Assembly (NCBI GenBank): GCA_046754285.1
Contig: JBHHVJ010000008.1
Span: 20,659 to 84,658 of the forward strand
DNA from: Myxococcota bacterium
Lineage (GTDB): Bacteria > Myxococcota_A > UBA9160 > SZUA-336
Length of the DNA: 64,000 bases
Direction: 5' to 3'
Shown here: one piece after another, positions 18,545-29,139 of the stretch
Position numbering within the stretch: position 1 is the first letter of the stretch
Layout of the letters: each line of letters starts with the position of its first letter
Program-made: the position numbers and the translations under genes
The notes under the pieces: model-generated
What the model saw: the letters and a program-made list of their open reading frames with translations, nothing else
Told to the model about the DNA's origin: nothing
Database searches by the model: none

Positions 18545-20395
18545 ATGGGCAAGGGCAGGCGAGGAAGCGAGGGAGACCGTCGCGCTCCTCCCGCATGGGC
18601 ACGCGCGGCGTGGCAGTACGCCGCTTCGCTCGTCCGCGGCCGGTCCTCGACGGGCCGCGGGCTTCGGCGCCTGGATGGATCGTGGGCGGCCCTCGTGGAT
18701 CTGTGGCGCCGACGGCCCCGGGCTCGCATGAGCCTGCCCCAGAAGATCAGCTCCTTCGTCGTGCTGGCCACGCTGCTCTCCTCGTTGATCGTGACCGCGA
18801 CGTCTGTTCACTACCTGCAGGGCTTCCTGCGCGCCAAGCTCGCGGAGAAGTTCCCGGTCATCCTCACGGAGACAGGCGACCGCTTGGAGCGCTGGCTGGA
18901 GCAGCTTCCCGTCGACGTGGAAACTTTCGCAGCCAGTGAGACCGTCGTGGAGAACTTCGCCTCGCTGCGGCGGGGTGGGGGTTCGCGAAAGAGCACAATG
19001 GCTCGGCAGGAGATCCGCGACTATCTCACCCAGGTGCTCCGGGGAATCCCGCAGTACAGTGCGCTCGTGATCCTGGACCTCACGGGCCGCGAGCTTCTCT
19101 GGGCCGGCAACACTCTGACACTTCGCGAAAAGCTTCGCCTGGAGCTCGCGAAGGTCGAGGAGCCCCGTGTCGGGGATCTCCGTCGCATCGCCGGTCATCG
19201 CGTCCAGATCGTCTCAGCCCCGGTTCGAGACGCCACGGGCACGCGAGTCGGCTCGCTCCATGCCGTCCTGCGACCGGAGACGATTCAGCACCTGCTGAAA
19301 AGCGACCTGCTCGGCGCGTCCGGTCGGATCTATCTGCTTCGCTCCGACGGAACTTATCTTACGCCGATGGGGGATCACGATATCGATGAGCACTATGTGG
19401 GCAAGCTTCCCCAGACGGGAAGCATGCGACGCCCGATCAGCTACCGCGATCCCGGGGGACGCCGCCTGGTCGGTGCTGCGAAGCGAGTCGGGCCGCTGGA
19501 TTGGACGCTCGTCGTAGAGGAAAGCTACGATCAGATCTTTGCGCCGATCCTTCGCGCGGCGGGGCCGATCCTGCTGATCAACATCGGCGCCGTGCTGATC
19601 TCGAGCGTCTTCTCGTTCTGGCTCTCCCACGCACTCGCCAGTCCAATCCAGGCGCTCTCCGATGGTGCGCGACGCATTGCCGAGGGCGAGACGGATGTCG
19701 TGATCCTCGAGCGGAGAAGCCACGACGAGATCGGCCTTCTCACACGGACCTTCAATCGGATGTCGGCCCATCTGCGCCGGAATCAGCTCGAGCTTGAGGA
19801 GAGCCAGGAGAAGCTCGAGAAGGCCAACCTTCTGCTTCAGGAACGCAACAACGAGCTTCAGAAGGCCAATCTCGCCCTCGAGGAGCTCTCGATCACGGAC
19901 GGACTCACCCGGCTCAAGAACCACCGCTACTTCCAGGAGCATCTGCAGCGAGAGATCGCCTGCGCGGAGCTGTCGGAAGAGCCCCTCTCGCTGATCCTGA
20001 TCGACATCGATTGCTTCAAGCAGCTCAACGATCGCTACGGTCACGCCACAGGGGATCGCGTTCTCCAGGGTGTAGCCGAGTGCATGCGGGGTCTCGTGCG
20101 CCAGAGCGATGTGCTCGCACGCTACGGTGGCGAGGAGTTTGCGCTCGTCCCGCGCGGTGCACCGCCCGAGGTCGCCATCCGGCTCGCCGAGAAGATCCGC
20201 CTCACGGTGGCGGCTCACGAGTTTCGTAGCGACAGCGCGATGGCTCCCACGGAGCGCATCGCCGTGACCGTCTCCGTGGGCGTGGCAACCTTCCGGGGCG
20301 ATGCTGGGGACCTCTTCGGTGCCGCGGACCGTGCGCTCTACTCGGCCAAGGAGCGCGGGCGGGATTGCGTCGTGGTGGATGGCGAGGAGAGCTGA
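18545..20395 (+). CDS. Membrane sensor diguanylate cyclase (TM-Cache-like-TM-HAMP-GGDEF)
   Basis: Two hydrophobic segments, HAMP (SHDEIGLLTRTFNRM), TDGLTRL, RQSD I-site, RYGGEEF; start may be 18545 or 18728. Confidence 0.9.
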   Translation: MGKGRRGSEGDRRAPPAWARAAWQYAASLVRGRSSTGRGLRRLDGSWAALVDLWRRRPRARMSLPQKISSFVVLATLLSSLIVTATSVHYLQGFLRAKLAEKFPVILTETGDRLERWLEQLPVDVETFAASETVVENFASLRRGGGSRKSTMARQEIRDYLTQVLRGIPQYSALVILDLTGRELLWAGNTLTLREKLRLELAKVEEPRVGDLRRIAGHRVQIVSAPVRDATGTRVGSLHAVLRPETIQHLLKSDLLGASGRIYLLRSDGTYLTPMGDHDIDEHYVGKLPQTGSMRRPISYRDPGGRRLVGAAKRVGPLDWTLVVEESYDQIFAPILRAAGPILLINIGAVLISSVFSFWLSHALASPIQALSDGARRIAEGETDVVILERRSHDEIGLLTRTFNRMSAHLRRNQLELEESQEKLEKANLLLQERNNELQKANLALEELSITDGLTRLKNHRYFQEHLQREIACAELSEEPLSLILIDIDCFKQLNDRYGHATGDRVLQGVAECMRGLVRQSDVLARYGGEEFALVPRGAPPEVAIRLAEKIRLTVAAHEFRSDSAMAPTERIAVTVSVGVATFRGDAGDLFGAADRALYSAKERGRDCVVVDGEES

Positions 20396-20452
20396 AGGCG
20401 GCTCGAGATGCCCCCGCGCCGCCTGAAGCGGCGGGGCGCCCGTTGCTTCAGG

Positions 20453-21151
20453 CTAGCGCGGTGTGATCAGCGACGTGTGAACCCATCCCACGCGACCGAT
20501 GGAGGTACGCACGAGTGTCCAGTCCCCCATCTTTCGCTCGGGGTAGACCGGCGTTCGCCGCGCGAGGATCTGGAGCACCGGCTCCTGCTTCGAGGGACCT
20601 TGCCTGAGCAGGACGCGCTCCCTGCGGATGAACCGCACGCCCGGGCTCTTGCGGGCTGCGTCGGCCTCGCGAATCAGCTCCTCGGCGATGCGCTCCGCCC
20701 GCGCGCCGAAGAAGATCGCGGAGCCGAGGTGCCCCGCCTCGATCTGGCGCTCGGCCTCCTCGAGCTTCCGCTGGGCTTCGAGGACCGTGTCCGCGCGCCA
20801 GGGTGCTTCCCTCGCGGCTCGCTCGACACGAATCCGTGCTTCGGCCAGAGACGAGACCGCATCGGCGAGGGAGTGGTGCCCGCGCAGTCCAGACTCGGCG
20901 GTCACCAACGCGTCCTCGGCCTGCGCGAGGTCCGCCTGGAGGCGCTTGATCTCGTACGCCATTCGCTCGATCCGTTCGATCTGGGCGCGCTGGTAGACGG
21001 CCTGATCCGGAGCTGTAGGAGGCCTCGATGGCTGCCAGAGGCCACTGAGCAGGCCCGTGCCCGAGCCCGTGCAGGCTGCGAGCAGCACGCAGAGTATCGG
21101 GAGGGCGCGCGGGAGCGCGCGGCGATGCGGGATGCTGGAAAGCGATCTCAT
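20453..21151 (-). CDS. Lipoprotein with coiled-coil and C-terminal bacterial SH3 domain
   Basis: LLAAC lipobox; LRQGPS...GDWTLVRT...GWVH. Confidence 0.75.
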   Translation of the reverse strand: MRSLSSIPHRRALPRALPILCVLLAACTGSGTGLLSGLWQPSRPPTAPDQAVYQRAQIERIERMAYEIKRLQADLAQAEDALVTAESGLRGHHSLADAVSSLAEARIRVERAAREAPWRADTVLEAQRKLEEAERQIEAGHLGSAIFFGARAERIAEELIREADAARKSPGVRFIRRERVLLRQGPSKQEPVLQILARRTPVYPERKMGDWTLVRTSIGRVGWVHTSLITPR

Positions 21152-21224
21152 CCTGGCTGGCTCGGGGGGCGACGTGGGCCGCCCGGAGAGACCTATCGGC
21201 GCCCCACCTGGGGCCTTGACCGGA

Positions 21225-22652
21225 TCAGCGGCCGCGGCGTTGGAGGGGGTTCACGCTCGTAAAGCGCCGTCGCTCCTCCGAACTCGGCGGATCGCTGCGC
21301 ACCTCGAAGGACTCGCGCAGCCAGCCCCCCTCACCGGCCACAAAGAAGCTCTCCGCCACCGGCAGAATCGTGCCGAAGCCCTTGCCGCTCCCGGCCCAGC
21401 GGACGGCGAGCGGGTCGTCGCCACTGAAGCGACCGACGAAGATCCCCACCTCCTTGATCGCCTCGTTCGCCTTGCGTGTGATCAGGTAGAGGGGCGCAAG
21501 CGTCAGTGCATCGATGTAGAGAGTGAGGGAGGCGATCGGCCCCTCCGGTCTCTTGCGCGCGCCCCTCAGAACCACGGCGCGGCGGATCTCCCAGCGGCCG
21601 TTCGCGACCGAGAGGCCGCTCGGCCCGTACGATCGATCCGCATTCGCAGGGTATCCAAAGTAGTCGGCGTTGATCGGCGCCAGCACATCCCGACTGCGCA
21701 GCAGTTGGAAGCGCCAGGCGTTGGGGCGGAGGATGAGGCCGACGAAGCCGCGCCGGCTGTGCTCGGCCGCGCTGATCTGGACGTCGGGTGTGCCACCGCT
21801 CTGGTCCGGCAGGTTCAAGCTCCCCCCCCCGGCCTGCTGACCACGCGTGTACGTGGGCACGAACAGGCCATCGAGAGTGGTCAGCGCTGCACGTTTGACT
21901 CGGCGAGCGTCGGGAAGATAGACGAACACGTCGTCGGATCGATTGGCCTTCCAATCGCTCTCGCTGCGGCGGATCTGGCGCCACGCGAGACCGCGCGCCA
22001 TCGCTGGACGCAGGAATCGTCCCCCGGCCCAGAAGCGAACCCCGTTCGACCCTCCGTCGGCACCGGGGTAGCCGTGCATCGGCAGCAGGAAGAAGGAACC
22101 CTCGAAGCGTTCGGTCTTTCGTCCACGCCGGAGAATGTGGATGATTCTGAAATCACCGCGCAGGCCGGCTCCGAGGTAGCGGTAGCGATGGCTCCACGCC
22201 CAGCGCATTCCTGCGTCGGGGGCGTGATCGGGGATCGCCCCCGGATCGAACGGCAGCCCCTCGCCGTCGAAGCCGTGCAATCCGCCGTCGGCATCGAGCG
22301 TAACCCGGCCGGCGTTCGCGAGCGTGGCCGCACGGAAGGCCTCCGGCGCGGGGTAGCGCCGATGGCAGGGCCCCACACGGATCTCCATGCCCTCGTAGAA
22401 GAACTCGGCGCGGTGCTGCCAGACCTCGGGCGGGAGATGGTCCCGGAGACGCCCGAGCTGCCCGTGCTCCACGGTCGAGCCCGGCTCGAAGGACGGTGGG
22501 GACACGTCCTCGTCCCCCGGTCTCCCCGAGTCCGGCAGGCTGTAAGGGGGACAGCTCCCCGCCGGCGGAACCTCCACGGCCGCGCTCGGGAAGGCTCCGA
22601 GCCAGACGAGCAGCCCGAGCCAGGAGGCCGTTCGTCGCAGACGCTCAGGCAT
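21225..22652 (-). CDS. DUF1329-like exported protein (outer-membrane lipoprotein-sorting-like)
   Basis: Signal peptide; GEGLPFDP, DDVFVYLPDARRVKR, WEIRRAVVL, TLYIDA; start MPERL at 22652 inferred. Confidence 0.7.
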   Translation of the reverse strand: MPERLRRTASWLGLLVWLGAFPSAAVEVPPAGSCPPYSLPDSGRPGDEDVSPPSFEPGSTVEHGQLGRLRDHLPPEVWQHRAEFFYEGMEIRVGPCHRRYPAPEAFRAATLANAGRVTLDADGGLHGFDGEGLPFDPGAIPDHAPDAGMRWAWSHRYRYLGAGLRGDFRIIHILRRGRKTERFEGSFFLLPMHGYPGADGGSNGVRFWAGGRFLRPAMARGLAWRQIRRSESDWKANRSDDVFVYLPDARRVKRAALTTLDGLFVPTYTRGQQAGGGSLNLPDQSGGTPDVQISAAEHSRRGFVGLILRPNAWRFQLLRSRDVLAPINADYFGYPANADRSYGPSGLSVANGRWEIRRAVVLRGARKRPEGPIASLTLYIDALTLAPLYLITRKANEAIKEVGIFVGRFSGDDPLAVRWAGSGKGFGTILPVAESFFVAGEGGWLRESFEVRSDPPSSEERRRFTSVNPLQRRGR

Positions 22653-22884
22653 CGCGAGGCTCCCGGAGCAGCTGGACACGCTCGATTCCCTCGTGCGGAA
22701 ACGCGTAGCCGGTCGCGTCACAGTCGCCATAGCGCTCCGGACGCGAGGAGGTGAGCACCGCGCAGACCACCTCGCGGCGGTCGTAGGTGAGCACACGTGC
22801 CACAAGGACTTCGCCGTCTCGGGTGTGGATCCGGATCGGGCGTCCCGTCCTGGAAGCCTCGATCACCTCGCTGGGAACCGACAT
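22645..22884 (-). CDS. Small hypothetical protein (79 aa)
   Basis: MSVPSEVIEASRTGRPIRIHTRDGEVLVARVLTYD... with AAGGAG RBS; overlaps the DUF1329-like gene start. Confidence 0.65.
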   Translation of the reverse strand: MSVPSEVIEASRTGRPIRIHTRDGEVLVARVLTYDRREVVCAVLTSSRPERYGDCDATGYAFPHEGIERVQLLREPRDA

Positions 22885-22960
22885 CTCACGCTCCTTCCGT
22901 GACCCGCTCCGCTTGGACGCCCGTGAACCCGTCCGGCTTCGGGGCGACGTCGGGCGGCGG

Positions 22961-23752
22961 CTACATCTCGGCTGGCCCCCCGGCGCTCGCCGCCAGGACT
23001 CGCAGCGCCTCGTCGTGCAAGCGGCCATTCGTGCTGACCAGGCTCCCCGCGTACACCGATCGCTCTCCGCTGACGGACGTGGCCCTTCCGCCCGCCTCCT
23101 CGACCAGCAGGACCAGGGGTGCCACATCCCAGGGAGAGACGACGGGGTCGACCGCGATCTCACCTGCACCTTCCGCCACCAGCACGTGCTGGTAGAAGTC
23201 CCCGAAGCCCCGCTGCCGCTCGGTCCGTCGCGCCAGCTCGAGCACGCCGGGGACGCCCTCCGAGCCCTCCACGCCCCCGAGGCTGCCATGAAAGAGCTGT
23301 GCGCGCGCCAGGACGCTCCCGGCCGAGACGCGCAGGGGCCGGGAGCCCCGCCGGGCTCCGGAGCCTCGCGCGGCGCTCCAACGAGTGTTCAGCGCCGGAG
23401 CACTGACGACACCCGCGACCAGCTCTCCCCGCTCCTCGATCGCGAGGAGTGTGGCGAAGATCGGAATGCCCCGAACGAAGTTTCGCGTGCCATCGATCGG
23501 GTCGAGGATCAGACGCCGCTCTGCACCGGCCGCACTCTCCCCCTGCTCCTCACCGAGGACCCCCAGCTCGGGATGCTGACGTGCCACCCTTTCCCGAACG
23601 ATCTCCTCGATTCTGAGGTCTGCTTCGCTGACAGGTGTCCGGTCGGACTTCTCCGAGACGCGAAGCTCCGCGGAGCGGAAGTACCGCAGCGCGATCGGGT
23701 CCGCGGTATCGGCGATCTCCTCCAGGAAGCGGAGCCAGGCGAGCGCATCCAC
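22961..23752 (-). CDS. hisN: Histidinol-phosphatase, inositol monophosphatase family
   Basis: KSDRTPVSEAD, LGEEQG, LDPIDGTRNFVRGIP, RGFGDF, WDVAPL. Confidence 0.85.
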   Translation of the reverse strand: MDALAWLRFLEEIADTADPIALRYFRSAELRVSEKSDRTPVSEADLRIEEIVRERVARQHPELGVLGEEQGESAAGAERRLILDPIDGTRNFVRGIPIFATLLAIEERGELVAGVVSAPALNTRWSAARGSGARRGSRPLRVSAGSVLARAQLFHGSLGGVEGSEGVPGVLELARRTERQRGFGDFYQHVLVAEGAGEIAVDPVVSPWDVAPLVLLVEEAGGRATSVSGERSVYAGSLVSTNGRLHDEALRVLAASAGGPAEM

Positions 23753-23761
23753 AGCCTGAGC

Positions 23762-25258
23762 TTAACCGGCGACCGCGATCCTGTCCGGCGAGCCCTCGGC
23801 CCTGTCGAGGGCGGACTGCGCGAGTGCGAGCAGCGACGCGGCATCGAGCGCATCCTCGTGGGGGCGGGTGACGGCGATGCCGATGCAGATCTTGCAGAGC
23901 AGCGGGCCGGCTCGGGTCTCCAAGGCGCGCTCCTCCACCCCGAAGAGGATCCGCTCGGCTGCGCGCAGCAGGTTGTTCGCCGAGCAGCCGGGCGCCAGAA
24001 GAGCGATCTGGTCCTCGGTGACACGGGCTCGCTGGTCCCCCTGACGCGTGAGCTTCGCGACCCGCTCCGCGACCTGCTGAATGCCCTCCAGGGCCGTTTC
24101 TTCCCCCTCGTGCTCCACGATCATCTTGTAGCTCAGCACGCGGATCAGCAGCACACCGATCGGACGGTGAATCTGACGTGCGCGCTCGTGATAGCGCTCG
24201 AGCAGCCGTGTGAAGGCGTTGGCGTCCGGGAGCCCGGTCTCCTCGTCGAGGGGGAGCGCCTCTTCGCCTTCCTGGAGATCCCCGAAGGCGCTCCGTGCAC
24301 TCGAGAGCGCCTCCGCGAGCTCGCGCGCCGACTGGTCGGCCTCGAGCGCGATCCGGCTGAGATGCTGGTTGGCGCGGACGAGCAGATCCTCGTAGCTGAG
24401 CATCTGACCCGCCGGGATCTCGAAGCAGGCCGCCGCGTCGCGGAGCTCATCGGGCAGCTCGCTGACCACGCTGCGCGCGACAGCCGGCGCGATTCCGGTC
24501 AGCTCCGCCACACGCTGCTCGAGCTCTCCGATGGCGCCTGCGAAGCCTTCGACGGTGAGCGCCCGCGCGATCTGCCAGGCCGCATGGAGGATCCGAACGT
24601 TCTGACCGAGCTCGTCATCGCGCCGGGCCGCCTCGGCGTCGTGATGTTGGGCGATCTGCTCACGAAGCCGCTCGGGAAAGCTCCAGCGCTCCAGCAGAAG
24701 ACCCCCCACACGCGCGTGATCCGTGGCGAAGGCGTCCCGCTCGAGCGCGCCCAGGTCGCCTTCGCCCGCGTGGAAGCGCTGCAGGACCGCGGCGTAGTCG
24801 GGAAGCTGGTCGAAGAGCAGCAGCACTCCGCAGTCGGCGAGGAGGCCGGACAGGAAGGCCTCCTCGGGATCCCAGCCCCCGACCTCAGCGGCGAGCCGCC
24901 GGGACGCCAGCGCGTTCATCAGCGAGGTGCGCCAGAAGTTGTCGAGCAGCTCTTCCCCGCTGCCATCACCTCGCAGTGCGGAGAGCAGGGAGAAGGAGAG
25001 GGCCACGCTTCGGACGGCCTTGAGTCCCAGATAGAGCAGCGCGTCGTCGATCGAGGTGATCTCTCTGGACAGGCCGTACATGGCGGAGTTGATCAGCCGG
25101 ATCACCTTGGCCGCCAGGGCGGGATCCACGCGGATCGCCTCGGCCAGGTCGCCGAACTCGACCTCGTCATCACCGAGCAGCTCCAGCAGGCGCTGCGCGA
25201 CGCGGGGGATCGTAGGAAGCGATGGCGAGTCCAGCAGCCTCTGCTCGAGCTCGTTCAT
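23762..25258 (-). CDS. HDOD domain protein with degenerate GGDEF domain
   Basis: [29 protein letters not shown]...W; GGDEF site reads RVTEDQI, with an RQGD I-site; start MNELEQ at 25258. Confidence 0.85.
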   Translation of the reverse strand: MNELEQRLLDSPSLPTIPRVAQRLLELLGDDEVEFGDLAEAIRVDPALAAKVIRLINSAMYGLSREITSIDDALLYLGLKAVRSVALSFSLLSALRGDGSGEELLDNFWRTSLMNALASRRLAAEVGGWDPEEAFLSGLLADCGVLLLFDQLPDYAAVLQRFHAGEGDLGALERDAFATDHARVGGLLLERWSFPERLREQIAQHHDAEAARRDDELGQNVRILHAAWQIARALTVEGFAGAIGELEQRVAELTGIAPAVARSVVSELPDELRDAAACFEIPAGQMLSYEDLLVRANQHLSRIALEADQSARELAEALSSARSAFGDLQEGEEALPLDEETGLPDANAFTRLLERYHERARQIHRPIGVLLIRVLSYKMIVEHEGEETALEGIQQVAERVAKLTRQGDQRARVTEDQIALLAPGCSANNLLRAAERILFGVEERALETRAGPLLCKICIGIAVTRPHEDALDAASLLALAQSALDRAEGSPDRIAVAG

Positions 25259-25281
25259 CGTGCGGCGACCCTCCGGAGTTG

Positions 25282-25309
25282 CGATCGGCGCACGGTCCGC
25301 CGGAGTTGA
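25282..25309 (-). promoter_or_regulatory. Putative sigma28-type promoter of the HDOD-GGDEF gene
   Basis: Minus strand TCAA-N16-GCCGATCG. Confidence 0.6.
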
Positions 25310-25455
25310 GTGCGCCCTCCCGAAAACCGAATATAATCGGGTCCCGGCGCTGGAGCCGAGCTCTTGCGGGCCTCGGAGGTCGACGCGGGGGTGCGAGCGG
25401 GGGGATCCGGCGGGGGTCGGGATCTTTCCCCACGAAGCGAAGCCAGAGGAAAGCC

Positions 25456-27456
25456 GTGTCGTCTCCATCTTCGGAAGCCATCGCGCAGGCCGCCCGGGCG
25501 ATCCGCATCCTGACGATCGATGCCGTTCGCAGGGCGGGCTCCGGTCACGTCGGTCTGCCGCTGGGCTGTGCAGAGCTGGCCGTCGTGCTCTTCAGTGAGT
25601 TCCTGCGCTTCGACCCGGACCATCCCGACTGGCCTGATCGCGACCGCTTCGTGCTCTCGGGCGGACACGGCTCGATGCTGCTCTATTCCCTGCTGCATCT
25701 GACGGGGTACGCCATCGGGCTCGAGGACCTCCGACGCTTTCGCCAGCTCCACTCGATCACGCCGGGGCATCCCGAGCACGGTCTCACCCCGGGCGTCGAG
25801 GCGACGACCGGGCCCTTGGGCCAGGGCCTCGCCAACGCGGTCGGCATGGCGCTTGCGGAGCGGATCCTGGCCGCGCGCTTTGGAAGCGAGCTCGTCGATC
25901 ATCGAACTTACGTGCTCGCGAGCGACGGGGACATGATGGAGGGTGTGGCGGCCGAGGCGGCCTCGCTCGCTGGGCACCTCGCACTCGGGCGGCTCGTGGT
26001 TCTCTACGACGACAACCGAATCACGATCGATGGCCCGACGAGGCTGTGCTTCTCGGAGTCGGTGGCGCAGCGCTTCGACGCCTACGGCTGGAACGTGCAG
26101 CAGATCGATGGTCAGGCCCCCGCCGAGGTCCGTGCGGCGCTCGCGGAGTTGAAGAGTGACGAGGCCCGCCCGCACCTGATCGTGTGTCGGACGCACATCG
26201 GCTTCGGCTCTCCGGCCGTCGACAGCGCCGGGGCCCACGGCACGCTCGGCGACGAGCGCACCGAGCAGACGCGCGAAAACCTGGGCTGGGAGCTGCCCCC
26301 GCTCGAGCTGCCCGATGGGGTCGGCGAGGTTTTCCGCGCCAACGCCGAGCGGGGTCGCCGCCTTCGGGAGAGCTGGGAGGCGCGTCGCGACCAGGCTCTC
26401 GAAGACCCCGGGCTCCGCGACCTCTGGCGGGCCATGCTCGAGGGGAGACTTCCGGAGGATCTTGGCGCCGTCTGGCCCGACTTCCGGGGAGGCGGACCGC
26501 TGGCGACGCGCAAGGCATCCGGCAAGATCCTGAACGCTCTGGCGCCGCATGTCCCCTCCCTGATGGGTGGGTCGGCGGACCTCGCTGGATCGAACGCGAC
26601 GCTACTCACCGATGAGAGCGCCGTCGAGCCCGGAAAGTTCCAGGGTCGCAATCTCTTCTTCGGTATCCGGGAGCACGGCATGGCGGCGATCGCCAACGGT
26701 CTGTCGCTGCACGGGGGGATTCGACCCTACATCGGTACCTTCCTGATCTTCAGCGACTACATGCGTCCGGCCCTGCGCATGGCGGCACTCATGGGAGAGC
26801 CCGTCGTGTACGTCTTCACGCATGACTCGATCTTCGTCGGGGAGGATGGGCCGACGCACCAGCCGGTGGAGCAGCTCGCGACGCTCCGGGCGCTGCCGAA
26901 TCTCTGGCTCTGGCGACCCGCCGACGCCCGAGAGACGGTGGCGGCGTGGCGGGCCGCGCTGCACCGCGAGGAGGGCCCGGTCGCCCTGGCCCTCACGCGC
27001 CAAGACGTGCCTGTGCTTGCGGGAGACGACATCGAAGCCTCGGCCGCCCGGGGCGCTTACGTCCTCCACCGTGAGCCCCGCGAGCCCCTGGAGCTCGTGA
27101 TCGTGGCTTCGGGCTCCGAGGTGCACGTGGCGCTCGAGGTGGCCGGCGCGCTCTCCGGTGAGGGGCACGCGGTGCGCGTGGTCTCCCTGCCGTGCCTCGA
27201 GGTATTTCGCGCACAGGAAGCGTCGTACCAGAGCGACGTGCTTCCGCAGGCTCCCCCCCGGCTGCTCGTCGAGGCCGGTGTGCCGCAGGGGCTCGCCGAG
27301 CTGACACGTCCCGGGGACCGCTTCCATGGAATGACGGGCTTCGGTGCCTCGGCGCCCTACGGCCCGCTGGCTCGTGAGTTCGGGTTCACGCCCGAGGCCC
27401 TGCTCCCGATCGCCCGCTCCCTGCTCTCCTCACGGGTCAGCGAAGGAGATCGCTGA
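25456..27456 (+). CDS. tkt: Transketolase
   Basis: [60 protein letters not shown]; GTG start inferred. Confidence 0.96.
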   Translation: MSSPSSEAIAQAARAIRILTIDAVRRAGSGHVGLPLGCAELAVVLFSEFLRFDPDHPDWPDRDRFVLSGGHGSMLLYSLLHLTGYAIGLEDLRRFRQLHSITPGHPEHGLTPGVEATTGPLGQGLANAVGMALAERILAARFGSELVDHRTYVLASDGDMMEGVAAEAASLAGHLALGRLVVLYDDNRITIDGPTRLCFSESVAQRFDAYGWNVQQIDGQAPAEVRAALAELKSDEARPHLIVCRTHIGFGSPAVDSAGAHGTLGDERTEQTRENLGWELPPLELPDGVGEVFRANAERGRRLRESWEARRDQALEDPGLRDLWRAMLEGRLPEDLGAVWPDFRGGGPLATRKASGKILNALAPHVPSLMGGSADLAGSNATLLTDESAVEPGKFQGRNLFFGIREHGMAAIANGLSLHGGIRPYIGTFLIFSDYMRPALRMAALMGEPVVYVFTHDSIFVGEDGPTHQPVEQLATLRALPNLWLWRPADARETVAAWRAALHREEGPVALALTRQDVPVLAGDDIEASAARGAYVLHREPREPLELVIVASGSEVHVALEVAGALSGEGHAVRVVSLPCLEVFRAQEASYQSDVLPQAPPRLLVEAGVPQGLAELTRPGDRFHGMTGFGASAPYGPLAREFGFTPEALLPIARSLLSSRVSEGDR

Positions 27457-27513
27457 GCTCGCCCTCGGGGCGTCCGGCCCGCGCGGCGCGGCCGCATCCT
27501 CCTCGGGGAGCGC

Positions 27514-28002
27514 TCAGGCGTCGCCGAGTTCGCGCTCGAGCTGGATCTTCCGGATCGTGGTGAGCGCGAAGACGAGCAGACGGCCCTCGGCGTCCCGGAA
27601 GCGCGTCTCGACCAAGCAGGTGCGCTTGCGCTGGTGGATGAGCTCGCTCTCGATCTCGAAGCGCGGGCCGAGCACGGGCTCGAAGTAGTCGACGCGCATG
27701 TTCGTCGTGGCCAGCCAGTGGACCCGGGCCGGCCCGGCCGGCCGACCCCCGTGGATCGTGAACAGCGCCACGAAGTCCACGTAGGTCGGCGTGAAGCCCC
27801 CAAAGAGCTGTCCGCGGGGGTTCTTCACATGCTCAGGGAGGTGCGCGTCGATCCGCACGTAGCCCTCGCGCCGCTCGAGCAGCTTCCACTGGTAGGCCTC
27901 GAGAAAGTCTCCGGCCGGATGCCCCCGGGCCACGAGGCGTCCCGGCTCCGCATCCAGCCAGGCGCGCCGCCGCTGCTCCAGCGCGTCAGGCGCTTCGCTC
28001 AA
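27514..28002 (-). CDS. PaaI-family (hotdog) thioesterase
   Basis: NPRGQLFGG...YVD, ATTNMRVDYFEP; TTG start inferred. Confidence 0.8.
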   Translation of the reverse strand: MSEAPDALEQRRRAWLDAEPGRLVARGHPAGDFLEAYQWKLLERREGYVRIDAHLPEHVKNPRGQLFGGFTPTYVDFVALFTIHGGRPAGPARVHWLATTNMRVDYFEPVLGPRFEIESELIHQRKRTCLVETRFRDAEGRLLVFALTTIRKIQLERELGDA

Positions 28003-28231
28003 GTACACGTCCCTCGTCGTAGATCTTGACCACGCGCACGGCCCCCGGTGGCCCCACCTCCAGACAGAGCTCACAGAGCGTGCACTCGTCCACGTTCCGC
28101 GCGACGATCTCGAGCGTGCCGTCCGGTCGCGGCGCGAAGATCCCCACAGGACAGACCTCGCTGAGCTTCTGGACGGAGTCGCGATCCTGTTTCAGCGCCG
28201 TGCTCACCTCGATGTCGACGAAGAGCCCCAT
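27986..28231 (-). CDS. Ferredoxin (probably a single 4Fe-4S cluster)
   Basis: MGLFVDIEV...VCPVGIF...ECTLCELCL; GGAGG RBS. Confidence 0.85.
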   Translation of the reverse strand: MGLFVDIEVSTALKQDRDSVQKLSEVCPVGIFAPRPDGTLEIVARNVDECTLCELCLEVGPPGAVRVVKIYDEGRVLERSA

Positions 28232-28241
28232 GGCCGCCCTC

Positions 28242-29138
28242 CTACTGGATCCGCTCGCGGACGAGCGCGGGAATGTCTTCGATCCGCTCGGCCACCGCGA
28301 TCCCGGCTTCCTGGAGACGGGCGATCTTCTCGGCCGTCGTATCCGCCTTGCCCTCGACGATGGTTCCCGCGTGCCCGAAGCGCATGCCCGGCATCTCATC
28401 CATGAAGCGACCCGCCATGAAGGCTACGACCGGGAGCCGAGACTCGTTCTCGCGGACCCAGCGTGCGAGATCGGCCTCCATGCGCCCGCCGGGCTCGGAG
28501 TAGATGACGATGGCCTGCGTCGCCGGATCCGCCTCGAAGAGCGGCATGAGCTCGGCATAGGTCTGCCCGATGATCGCGTCACCCCCGATCGAGACGGCGG
28601 TCGACTGGCCCAGACCCGCGGCCGTGAGCGTGCTGCAGATCTCGGTCGTCATGCCGCCCGAGCGCGACATCACACCGACCGGACCGCGGCTGAACGCCTT
28701 GCGGGCGTCCTCGGCCCGACCGCCGAGATTGCCGACCTTGGCCTCCCCCGGCGAGAGCACCCCGAGGCAGTTCGGGCCGATGATGCGCGCGCCGCGCAGG
28801 CCCGCGAGCTCCACCATCTGCGCCACCTCGAAGCGCGGGATGTTCTCGGTGACAATCACCAGCAGCTTGATTCCCGCCTCGATGGCCTCGAAGACCGCGT
28901 CGCGGGTGAAGGCCGCTGGAACGGAGATCACCGTCGCGTCGACCCGCGTCTTGCGCGTGATGGCCTCCACGGTGTCGTGTACGGGCACGCCGTGCACCTG
29001 ACGCCCACCACGTCCCGGCGTGACGCCCCCGACGATCTTCGTGCCGTAGTCCAGCCCCTCTCGCGTCATCGTCACCGCTTCGCGGCCCGTGATGCCCTGG
29101 ATGATGACCGTCGTCTCGTGACTGATGAGGATCGCCAT
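28242..29138 (-). CDS. ADP-forming acyl-CoA synthetase alpha subunit (SucD-like, with ACL/citryl-CoA synthetase-type motifs)
   Basis: QGITG, GGVTPG, IIGPNCLG, SRSGGM, FGHAG phospho-His. Confidence 0.85.
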   Translation of the reverse strand: MAILISHETTVIIQGITGREAVTMTREGLDYGTKIVGGVTPGRGGRQVHGVPVHDTVEAITRKTRVDATVISVPAAFTRDAVFEAIEAGIKLLVIVTENIPRFEVAQMVELAGLRGARIIGPNCLGVLSPGEAKVGNLGGRAEDARKAFSRGPVGVMSRSGGMTTEICSTLTAAGLGQSTAVSIGGDAIIGQTYAELMPLFEADPATQAIVIYSEPGGRMEADLARWVRENESRLPVVAFMAGRFMDEMPGMRFGHAGTIVEGKADTTAEKIARLQEAGIAVAERIEDIPALVRERIQ

Positions 29139-29139
29139 C

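Noticed and set aside
22787-25309. 840-aa plus-strand ORF, and similar long ORFs at 31419-33677, 2332-4212 and 10166-11887
   Set aside because: Antisense or off-frame shadows of well-supported genes; expected in high-GC DNA and without recognisable motifs.
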